Source: Convolutriloba macropyga
Taxonomy: Eukaryota
DNA length: 64,000 nt
NCBI RefSeq assembly: GCF_964194025.1
Contig: NC_134476.1
Coordinates: forward strand, 17,360,001 to 17,424,000
Direction of reading: 5' to 3'
A program made the translations under genes and the position numbers. Under the pieces are notes generated by a model. That model saw only the letters and a list, made by a program, of their open reading frames with translations, had not been told where the DNA came from and made no database searches. Positions 26,323-37,800 of this stretch are shown here, piece after piece (position 1 is the first letter of the stretch; every line of letters starts with the position of its first letter).

Positions 26323-27727
26323 CAAGTTCCTGCAAGCTAACCATTCGACTTACAAATTCTTTCAGGTTAATCATTCGACCTACAAGTTCTTACAAGTTAA
26401 CCCTTCGAATTACAAGACTCTTGAATGTTAAGCATTCCATTCACAGGGTTCCTACAAGGTGAAATTCTGACCTACATATCATATCTTCTTACATATGTTC
26501 TTAGGATGTAAGTTGTTACCAGATAACATTTCTGCTTGTATTGTGGCAATAAAAGCAATAACCAAAAAAACATTACACGATATGATTGAATACAGATGTT
26601 TCAAAAGAATATAATCTGGATAAGTGTGAATTGAAGATATTCACACAAGAATTGGTGCAAAAAAAGAAGGGTTATGAAATTAATTTCAGTAACGGCTGAC
26701 ATTTGAATTTGAAATTTCAATCGAAGTCAAAAACTTTGAATGGCTGGTTTGAGTTCGGAATCAACGTAGGGGAATCACGGATGCTTTAAAATACTGAGGA
26801 TATTTCACAATGTTACGCTTTTTGTTGATTTGGATGCCTCGAACGAGCAATTATACTTTCTGAAGCTCCACATGAAGGTTTTAGGCAGATTATTGTTGGG
26901 AATCACTGGAATAAGTCCTGGAAAATGGCAGACGTTTTACGAAAAGTATATAACTCCCAATATAAAATGATTCACGGGACAGCCTTCAAACATGGCTTTG
27001 AAGTGCTACGCTATATTACATCTGATTGTTGCCAATTATGAGACAGAGCTCTACCATTTGGTATCATTATTGAAGATGACACGCGCTATAAATATCCTTT
27101 CATTTGAGATAAATTACATTAATTGTGTTCCAATTGATTTATATATGGATAATTTCCTCAAATAATATAACCCAGTGTTTTGCTCAGGCGTAAAATCAAC
27201 AGAGTGGAAACATTAGAGTCTTGAAAACCAGTAGGTATAAAGACACATTTAGGGATTATATGACAGCTGCGTTTGGTTAAATGACAGCAACAATTGCTAC
27301 TTTCCACTTTTTCATTGTTCAGACATTTCAAAACTGACTCCCACTTACAGCCCGTTTGGACAAAACTCATGCACTACATGGAAATATAGCAATTTTTTCG
27401 GAGTCAATTTTAGGGAGTAACTAATTTTGTGAAAATTACTTCCCAAAAAATTAAGCGCTTTCCCGAACCGAACAAGGGTATGCATGCATCAAGGAAAAGA
27501 GATATAACAATAAAAAGTTTTTGCAAAATCGGGTTATGAATAATCTAGTCCTCATGCCCCCAGCATTGAAAAAACTTTTTCAAAAACTTTGTTTCATTTG
27601 TTTTTTCCCACTGTTAACCGTTTGTATGACCAAAAAAAACATGTAGGTTTAGCCACTATAAAATAAATTTACCATTGAAGGTTAGTAGGCATCAAAAAAG
27701 GTTATTCATATTCTATCCGGTTCTAAC
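26323..27727 (+). repeat. Second unit of a tandem segmental duplication, with a ~2.3-kb internal deletion
   Basis: 26323-26734 matches 22387-22797, and 26732-27727 matches 25061-26096. The two parts are joined at a shared AAC. Confidence 0.92.
26732..27122 (+). pseudogene. Pseudogenised copy of the C-type lectin domain
   Basis: Colinear with 25061-25456, with TGG>TGA (26750), TGC>TGA, further stops and an indel. The 5' half is missing. Confidence 0.92.
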
Positions 27728-28540
27728 ACTCAAAAGTATTCGTTTTATTAATTTTATTATCACTCAAGCTCTAAATCCGGAAAGTGGAAAAATAAATAGG
27801 ACAAAAAAACAAAACAAAGAACTAAAAAATTGATGTATGAAAGTTGCTGTTTTTCTTTGCAAAAATACCTGGTTTTCGTTACCTACTAGCAAAAGTGTGG
27901 AAATAATATGATTGACTTAGTTTGGGAAACTTTCAATTTTAGTCGTTCTTAACTATGCAGATTTTAATAGACATTAAAACGTTGCTTTAAGTAATTATAC
28001 AGCACTTTTGTCCGTTGTATAAATCAATTGTAAAACCTTGCTTGTTTCGATTGAGGGGAAGTTTCCTTATTGAGCAGAACAAAAAAGTTTTCTTCTTTCA
28101 TCTAACTGGAGCACTTGTTGGTCATTTCAAAGACAGATTTGATTGAGTTCGTTTCTTTATAAAAGTTGATTGATTTCGTTTGATGCGGTATTTGCTTCCC
28201 GTTGCTTGTCGGTGGATTGAACGGGAAATAAGACTATAGTTGGCTTCAACAGAAAAATTGACTGTAGATCTTTTCAACCCAATTGAGGGTTAAGGCCTTG
28301 AACGGTGTTCTCTGATCCTGTGGTAGCTACATTTTTGTCTGGGGATAGAAGATTTCTCAAAAGAATCTGTCTCGAGTGTTTGTTCTTATTAATTTAGGTG
28401 ACGCTGAAATGGGCTAAACGACCGTCAATACATTTTTAATCAAAATTATTGCTGACTCCGAAATTTTCTGTTTTACGGCCTTACAAAATGATGTTTGCTC
28501 AGATAATGTTGGGGGGAGATGATTTTTACTTTGCTTTTGT

Positions 28541-29247
28541 CCCGGGTTGACCACCATAAACCTTTCTTGGCAACCATATCCAAGCCATATATGGAGCTTA
28601 TGGTAACTCGGCAACCATATAGATGACCATGCAAAAAAATCAACATTGCTCAAAAAGCTCTTAAAACACCCATACATTGCACTCTGAGTGGAGAAAAACA
28701 AAGGTTTTGTTGTAATAACCTGTTATGGACCATGTTTGGATCATGTAAAAAACATGTCGGAACCATATATGAGCCATCAAAGAAACGTGTAAGAACCATA
28801 TATGGATCATGTAACCACCATGTAACTAATCACAAAGGTTTTGTTGTAATGACCTTGAGTGGACAATGTAATAACCATGTAAGAAACATGCCGGAACCAT
28901 GTAAGAAACATTTAAGAACCATACATGGACCATATAAGAACCATATATGGATCATATAAGAACCATATATGGACCATATAAGAACCATATATGGACCATG
29001 TAAGAACCATATATGGTACCAATATGCCATAAGTCGAGTAAAGCGTTTAAAGCTGGAACTGCTGCATAAGCTTTGTATGGGCGTTGAAAGAACGCATAAA
29101 TCATCATATTGGATTCTTGGATGCCATATAAGAATCATATATGGAGATCTTGGCAACCATAGCAAGATCATATAATGAAATTTTGTATGGCCTGTATGGG
29201 ACCATAAATGGTTCTTGAATATGGATGCCAAGAAAGGTCAACCCGGG
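28541..29247. mobile_element. Non-autonomous CCC/GGG element with an 11/22-bp array, GT target-site duplication
   Basis: Boundaries are gt|CCCGGGTTGACC ... GGTCAACCCGGG|gt, a perfect 12-bp TIR that extends imperfectly through CTTTCTTGGCA.CCATAT. The interior has AAGAACCATATATGGACCATAT repeats. Confidence 0.9.
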
Positions 29248-30297
29248 GTTTTTGTCAGGATAAACGACGGTTTTACTTCAAGGAAGCACTAGATGAAGAA
29301 CATATATGAAAAAATTTTAACTCCGTTTGATTCTAATTAAATTTTTTTGGAGACAGTCGTTGATCTCTGCGACTCGAGTAGAGTTCCTTTTGATCGTGGA
29401 GTCACTATGTGTTTCGGTTTATTATTGACTCAAACGATCACTGTAGGCGACTAAATTCTTTCTCATCAATTGATAAGTATTCAGACCAAAAATGAAAATG
29501 GAAACTTCCTTTCGCAATCGTTGAGACCGCGTACATAATTCGAAGAGACTAATGAATTTTCAAGTATCAGGCAGACTTACAATAATGTATAATTGATGAG
29601 GTGTGATGTCTTTTTTCTTTTCTTGAGCTTATGAGAATCTTTTGACGTTATTTCTTTTAGTTTTTTGTTCAGCGCAAATTGCAGAACAAATAGCCGGTTT
29701 CAAATAGGCACTAGAACAACAAGATGTGTTATTGTGGTCTTTTTTTGTCAATTTTGTGTTAGTGTAGTCTTTTACTGCCAATTTTGGAGGTACAGAACAT
29801 GCTATATCTCCGGTGCGTCTAACTATTCGTCGGGCGAGAAGGAACAAGTTGCTTAGACGTATTCGATTCGTTGGATGAGGAAATTTCCACCGATATATCG
29901 ATCTGCAAATTAGAAATAATTTGAATGGTTCATGTTGCTTAACGAGCCGTTTTCTATTATTTGACGAAGCCGTTTCATGTGACATTTCTATGTGAATTAC
30001 TGTAAGACAAGACTTTAAGCAAAAACTCTGCTGATTTCTATGACAAAATTTGGCAAAGAAACATATATTTATTTGTAGTGGGGGATTCTGTAGAGGTAAT
30101 TAAAGAATGTTGATTACAGGACAAACTTGGGTACTGATTTAGGTGCACGCTTTGTTGCTTAAGTTTCATAGATAAATTTGTCTTTGCTTAGATAGTATAA
30201 AAGTGTACTGAGCTATTTAGATTGTGAAGTTATTGTCGAAATAATTGAGTTCACTGGCGTTAATGAATTAGTCAATTGATTATCCAGAGTTGAGTCT

Positions 30298-30585
30298 CAG
30301 AGCTTTTCAGCGCTGAACCAGCACATTTCAAGAGTAAAAACTTAATTGAGTTCTGAAACATTGTATCTCCAGAGTATTTTAAGTTTCTTTATGTGCTGTT
30401 TTTTGTCATTGTGATTATATTGATTTCATAGAGTTCGTCCAGGCTAAGTTTATCCTGTATAGTCTGGAGGTTACCTATACACCAAAATGAAGTCTGAGCA
30501 GAATAATGTCATACTTTTTTTGCTTATAACTGGTAATTATAGTAGTATACAAACTATTTATATTTAAGCTAGTTTATAGGCAATT
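30298..30585 (+). repeat. Diverged copy of 24070-24359 (sequence just upstream of the lectin gene)
   Basis: CAGAGC.TTTCAGCGCTGAACCAG..CATTTCAAGAGTAAAAAC ... CTAGTTTATAGG.AATTA is present at both loci. Confidence 0.85.
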
Positions 30586-32310
30586 ACCACAAAACCCATT
30601 TATCTTAGTGGTTACGACTTGCTACTTAAATTAAATGTTACAAGTACCCACGCGGAAGTTGCAACCCCATATAAAGCAAACCTTGTTCGCGGGAGTTAAA
30701 CTGAACATATTGTTTTTCATGAAGTAACTTTTGCTCAAAAATCAGGCTGGCCAGTGTAAATTGAGACATGAACAGAGTATTGGGCATCCTAAAGAACAGA
30801 AAGTGTTCAAAGTCTTAACATTCATTAAGTTCAAAGTCTTAACATTCATTAGTTGATCATAAACTCAAAAAACTAGATAGGTTCAATTAATGCTCATTAG
30901 GTGACTATAGCACTTTTAGCTAATGTGACTTTGCCATATGACTTCCCAAATTCAGTAGAATCTCAAAAAGAAAATGAAAATTTCATGAAAAATCACGAAA
31001 ACTCAAAGTCGAAGCCAAAAAAATATGAGCGATTCCTTGGAAGCTAATTTTCTGTTCACTGGGCATCGTTGGACTGTAAATCACTGCTGTGTATGATGAG
31101 CAACCCGGGCAGTCTGATTAAGCAGAAAATTTTTGATAGATTTTTGGTGAAAAGGATCGATAGCCAATTGCGCCTGATCTGTCTGGGTTCCAAGAAGTGT
31201 CTCAAGAGCAAAAATTTCAGTCTAAGAAGAGCCAGCATAAATTGAACACGCCAATTTTCCCAAACTAACAAAGGTCCAGGAGAGTCTTTATCTTGGAAGG
31301 TTTCGATTCCTAGTGGCGTGCGCTTAAAAGCTAGCTGCAACCATGTCGTTCCATATTCTTAAGCACTAATTTTTGCTATTAAAATTCACTTCGCTAAATT
31401 TGCAAGCGAACCGCGTCAAACAAAATCACTGCTGAATTAATTTAATTAAGATGAAGACAAGGACCAGGATTAACAGACTGATTTCACAACCATGCATTGC
31501 GATGAGAAAAAGAAAGTGGATGAATTGTACTTCTGTTATCAGAGTTAGAACAGCAAAGTATTCAGCCAGGCGCAAAAATAATTCAAAGAAAGAATAGTGT
31601 GTAGGAAGAGCATTATTAATGAACTCAACTGAACAATTAGGTTCGGACCTCAAATTGACCTATTATTAATATAACGGCAATAAATGATAATTTACCGCTT
31701 CTTTTAAATCGAGACAAAATTAATCGGATCATTTCTATATGGGCATCAGACATTGGTACTCACTTTTTCAGTTTATGGAATTAAGAGGGTATTCCGGCTA
31801 GTTTTCTCCACATTGCTAAAAATTTGCATATAATTTTGCTGAGGCTCGTTCTTGGTTAAACGGCAAAAATTCATTAAAAGACAAGATCAATAGATACTCA
31901 ATTTTTTCAATCAAACGATGGAAAATCTTTTTAGTTTTTTCTCGGTCATAATAGCAGCTTCGCAATTTTTCCGAGCTTCTGCTCGACAAAATTATACATT
32001 AAACTTCCAAAAAAATTCAACTTCAGATGGTGTCCAGCTTAACTGAGAAAAAGGGTTTCGTTAGATCCTTTTACTTTTATAGAGACTTTTCTATCCAAAA
32101 ACCAGAAATGAAATTAGGATTTTCAAAGAACAGCCGTTTGTGGTAAAAGTTTTCATATCAAAAAAATGATTTTATGAATTTCTACGACGCTATGATTAAA
32201 ATCTAATGCACCTCGTTCTTCTTGAAAAAATTCTAGTGTTCTAGAAATATTTAGGGGTGTTCAATTCAACACTGTATTTTGCTCAATAACGAATTCTTCT
32301 TGTAAAAAGT

Positions 32311-32650
32311 TGTTACTAAGTAAATAGATGTGAGAGATCAGAATAGAGTATTTAAAATACGTTCTAATATACGTGGAAAGTTCTGAAAAAGTTCGTATAA
32401 CCTAATGTTAAGTAAATATAACCACTATATGTGCGGATTAGATGATTTTCGGCTTTATATTTTTAGGTTTTCTACACCACTGTCGGCTGATTACGAACCG
32501 ATTTTGACGTCGAAAACATTAGACAAAAACTAAATAAAAAAGCATCATAAAACATTGACGTCTAAGTTCCAATTGTTGGTTCGATCGTCGTAACCTTAAT
32601 CCGTTGTTCTTATACGTGGCCTTATTGTTGTAACACGTTACTCTATAGCA
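32311..32650 (+). repeat. 5' LTR (340 bp)
   Basis: TG...CA ends; colinear with 40518-40874 at roughly 80-85% identity by eye. Confidence 0.92.
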
Positions 32651-34812
32651 AATTCTACCGCTCCTACCGAGCCACCTTTTCATCTCCAGTAATCTTATAA
32701 AGACGATATATATGACGAGTGTTGGGAAGACAACACATGTGTATAGAGTGCTCGGAGTTCATGGAGATGCAAACGACAAAACAAAAAGGCACATAATGAG
32801 TTCATACTACAGGCCAACGTTTTCACGTTCGAAGCTCCAACCTCTTTGCCAGTATGTCCGAATTGGTTCAAAAGAACGTACCGTGGTACTGGACTCTTCC
32901 AAAGAGACGGGATCCTGTAGCTCCTTTGAAGTGCAGACCCAACGACTGTTTCCTCGTCAGGGTTTTGAGTAGTCTCAATCACGCGTTCGGTTTGACTGTG
33001 AAAAGACCCAAGTGCAGCTGCTTTGGAGAGTGAAAGATCTTGAACGCTTTTTCGCCTGTCTCTGGAATCACGCCAACAGAACGAAAACTTTAATACTTTT
33101 ACTTTGCAATGTAGATTAAGTAAGACGGCAAGAAACCCAACCCCTAATTTTTTAATAAGTTTTTAAGGGGTAGCAAAAATAAGCAATATCTTCAAAATTA
33201 TCCGTACAAGGTCACCATTAACCCACATAAACATAATTTCTCGAACGAAAAAACAATGATTTTGAAAAATTTTGGTTTGAATTGGCAACAAAAATGAAAA
33301 AATTGATCAAGTTATTTCTTATACCAAAAATCACGCTCTTATATAGAAACAACTGAGAGAACATTATACTCAATTGTTCCATTTTGAAAATTTTTGGAAA
33401 ATTTTGATGCAATTAAATAAAAGAAAATCTGTGGTGAAAATTCATAAGCCGTACTTTCAAGCATAAAACCGACCAGTTTGCTGGATTATCGTTCCGTATT
33501 CAAAAATTTGCGAAAAATTGACCAAAAACAGAAAAAAATGACAAAACTATAATTTTTTTGACAAATTTTTTGAAAAAATCACAACCTCCAGCCTACAAAA
33601 GAAAATTCGCATTGCCATTTTTTCTCGTTGATCGATTCAATATCGTACCGTCTGCGTATCTTTCGTCCTTTAACCCGTAAAATCTCCTGTTCCGATAATT
33701 TTTTTCTAACGTCGCTCTCCAATAACCTCTTTTTTCATTTTGCTATCCGATCGTTCCGTATTTTGCGTTCAACGTCGCATTTCTCCGCTTTATTCAATCC
33801 TTCGATGTAGTATGTTGTCATGTGTGATGAAATATGTTTTCGTATGTGTTGCAGTTTGTTGATTTTGCCATAATGCTCGTCTTCTGTTTTGGTGTTGTAG
33901 CCTTCTAGGGTGTGACTTAGTTAATACACGAGTTACTTCTGGAGTGTCTCTTGACTTTTGGAACCTTACTTATATACTAGCTCCCCTGTTGTAGAATACT
34001 GAGTTTTGCTGGGGTATGTTTACTACTAGTGTGTGACTTAACTTTACTCTGGAGTGAAGGCTAGCAAATTTCTAGCTCTTTTCCTTGTTTTAGTATACCA
34101 CTGCTTGGCCGTAAATTAGTTTGTTTTGGTATATTAAGGCCCAAAATGACTTTCTTCTAGTTTGCCTGCAGTAGCATCTCTCTTCCTCTCTTCCTTCCTA
34201 GGGAGGGACTTATGTTTGTTCTGGAGTTACGGCTAGCTTGTTTGGTTGAGTTTGTTGCTGTGATCTGCTAGCATGGTACTTGCCCACCTCCCCGCTCGTT
34301 TCTGCCCGCTCTTTCTCGTCTTTCCGTTTCGTTGCGCGCTACTCGCACAACGCTTCCGTTTATCCCGCCGCGTCGCGAGCCCGTCGCCCAACATTTTCGT
34401 TCCGTTCGTTTCGTTTCCGTTTTTTCGTGCGTCGCTTGTTCAGCTTTCCAACTCTTCCATTGCGTTGCCCGTTTGCTACCCGCGTGTTTGCCCGTTTCGC
34501 TCCTTGTTTTGTTGTGCGCCGTTCGCCCGTCTTCCCCGCCCGTCTGTTTCGTTTCCCGTTTTGTTGTGCATCGTCCACCCTGCCCTATTTCGCGGTTGCT
34601 CATCTTTCTGTTTAGTCTCACGTAGCTGAAAAGCACGATAGACGCTCTCTTATATTTTTAGCACGTTTGCCGAGTAATTCGTACTCGGTAACTTCTTTAC
34701 TGCTCTTCTTCGTCTTCATTATCAAGTCGTCGTCATTTGGGTTAGGTTAAACCCTCATTCCACGTGCTTGTTTGGAAGTTATTTTACTTAGGAAATTGGA
34801 AATTTCAAGATC

Positions 34813-37800
34813 ATGGCCGACCAGCAAGAGAAATTGAAAAAACTCCAAAACGCAAGATCTAATCTAGAATCTGAGTTGAGCAATAGCCAAAACGATATCG
34901 CTGATGCTATAGATTGGCAAGACATGAGGATTAATGTTGAAGGCTTGGTTTCTAAGTTGATAGATGTTTTCAGTGAACTAGTGTAGATAAATGAAGAATT
35001 ATTTGACTTCGCCAGTGAAACTGAGAACCCAGATTCAATTTGTCCTGTCATTGAGCAACAGTTAGATGATATAACTAAGAAAAATGATAAATTCTTGCTT
35101 GCTGCAAGAAGCTATATGGTCTCAGTTATTGACCGAGACAGCGTATGCGGTGGCGTTAATCCTCAAGGGCATTCTAAGAGATGTTCACGCCAAACAACAG
35201 CATCAATGTCTAGCCAGCGTAAAAGACTTTCTCTTGGCAAAACTAAAAAACGAAGAGGCTGAGAAACAAGAACAAGCTGTCATGCCCCTCGCTAAGCAAA
35301 AACACGAAACTGCCTGGGGAAAAAAAGAAATGGAGCAGATTGCATTTCAAGAATTGGAGAAAGACCACCGCAATCTTGTTGCCGCAGCTACATTAGATGG
35401 TTCCGAATTAATGGATAATCGTTCATTGTTTAGTCACAACTCAAGTGAACTAAATTTATTTAAAGATAGAAATCAGAAACTTGTTCAGGATTGGGTAAGT
35501 TTGTTTCCAAACGGCAATTCATTGAATGCTGCAAGTGAGGGAACCTTTTCCCGTCCCAAGTCAGGATCCGTTGACCATCTCGTTCAAGACACTACCATCA
35601 GTAATCATTCAGAAGCTCAAGTAATGTTGCCATTACATTAAATCAGCTTGAAATGCTATCTCTATACACAGGGCCAGGAGTTACCATTTCTGTTGCTCAA
35701 CAAGATGCGTTATACCGGGAGTGCCTCCAGACTCAACGCAAGCAAGCTCTCAGTGATCCAAGGTTAGAGCAGACACATAGTTCCTCAGGCAGTGGTGTGG
35801 TGATTCTAGTGAACCAAGCATCAACCAGCGTACAAAATGTCACACTGCCACGACTTCAGCTACTTATGCAACCTCCCCGCTCCCCTACTCCTGTTATGCC
35901 ACTTTTAAACTCCAACACTTTTGTACCCAATTTCTTAGCAAACCCACAGGCAAATAAAAACAGGGATCAACCCACTGTACACTTGAGACCAAAAAAGGCT
36001 AGTATGCCTGGTCAGTTGCTTCTGCCCAGCTCTCTTTTTGCACAAAAACAGAATCCACCTCAATTTAACGTTCCACAGGAAAAACAACTCCCTATTGCTC
36101 TTCTCCCTCATAATCTTCATCAAACTCTAAACCCACTCGTGAAACCGCCACACTTAAAACCGCCTCAACAATCATTTATTTCTCAACCTCCCGTGATTCC
36201 GTCACCTATTTTAGTGAGCGCAACAACATACCCAAACATCCTCAACATTCCACAGCAAAACATTGTCAATACACCTCAAGCCCGCCTGGTATCGTGTCCT
36301 ACCGCACTGAAACATCCACTTAACTGTAACCTTGATCTAAAATTGTGGCGTTTTCCACATAATAACCCCACGATCGTAAATCAGGTGACAAATACTGCCA
36401 ACGTCTTCAACAACTTTTGTCCGACCCTACCCCCGAACACTGCTAACCCCACCATCAGTCATCCAACTCCGCAATTAGTTGCACCGCAAAATTTTAATAG
36501 CAACCAAGTAGCAACCTGTGGCATCCCCGTTAACCCCAAGAGTAAAACTACTAACATCGCGCCATCTTTTGTCACGCCCGTTATACCTCCAAAATTAGGA
36601 TATACCGCTCCAATGCCATTGTGGGGGCACCGCTTCCCACGCCTCCTGCGCCAGCTGCCAAAAAAGCAAGCCTGATTAAGGCTTTAACTGACGCCTTAAC
36701 TAGCATGAGTAAATAACCGCTAACCAAATGGAAGTTGTCCCAAAACAATGGGGATACTGTAAAGTGGCACGAATGGTACGGTCAATTCAAAAAAGCAATT
36801 GACTATCAGTCTCTAACTGATGATGAAAAATTGACAAACCAGAAGGCCCTCGTAACTGGTAAAGCTAAAACAGCTATAGCTGAATTGGCCTACTGCGGCG
36901 CAATGTACAAGGACTCACTGAGGACCCTAGAACATGAACTTCGCCAACCAAGGGAGTCGTAAGTGCCCATTTGGACAAACTCAGCAGCTTTCCACCATTG
37001 AAGATGCACAACAGCGACAACATCCTTAACTATTCAGGTTGCATTTTAAATATTGTCGGGGTATAAAAATCGTTCTCATACGATTCGGATTTAAAGAGTG
37101 CTGCGCCTCTCAACACTGCCGTACAGAAGTTACCAACCAATATATAGGAGCCAAGGCTGTGGCTGAAGTAAAGTTCTTTTTCTCTTGTTTGCGTGATAAA
37201 CACATGTTTAGGCAAAACTGTTGTCCCCGTAATTGTAGGAAAGATGGCTGCAACAGCTCCCATAACACCTTACTTCGCGGAGCTGAAAAAATTTTTCCAG
37301 CAAATCCCTCAAATGACAATATCGATAATTCGAAGACAAATACAGGTACTAGTAGGCCAAGTACAGGTCAACAGCAACCAAGCAAAACGGTCACTTTGTC
37401 TTCTGTCACTGAAAACAAAGAACTCCTTCCGGTGACGGAAATGACAGTTACAAATTCTTCTGGTAGTAGTACTACGGCGTTGGTTTTATTCGATTCCAAT
37501 TGCAGTAAATCTTGGGTTTCCCATAGTCCCGCAGCTAGACTCGGTTTGCAATAAAGTGGCGCATTAAAACTTACCGTCAAGGGTATAAGCACAGAAGAAC
37601 TCATCGACACAAAGGTGGTTCAATTGACCGTGACACCTAATCAAGATCAAGACTTCGAAGCATTTACTGTACGGCCCTATGTGAGGGAAACATTAAACGT
37701 ACGTTCCGACATTATTGACATTAAGTCCATGCAAGAAACTTACCCACATCTGGCAGTCCTCGATCTAGTAAGATATAGCTATAAAAACAATGAGATGATA

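Noticed and set aside
28533-29255. Apparent 8-bp hAT-like TSD (GCTTTTGT / GTTTTTGT)
   Set aside because: The match is imperfect and in T-rich sequence. A 2-bp GT duplication agrees with the other family members and with the empty-site evidence.
27950-32050. Coding-like patches (28000-28420, 29560-30020, 30950-31700) that might be old retroelement ORFs
   Set aside because: No diagnostic motif is recognisable by eye.
34268-34636. Five overlapping ORFs on both strands
   Set aside because: An artefact of A-poor composition that lacks stop codons in the retrotransposon leader; no domain is recognisable.
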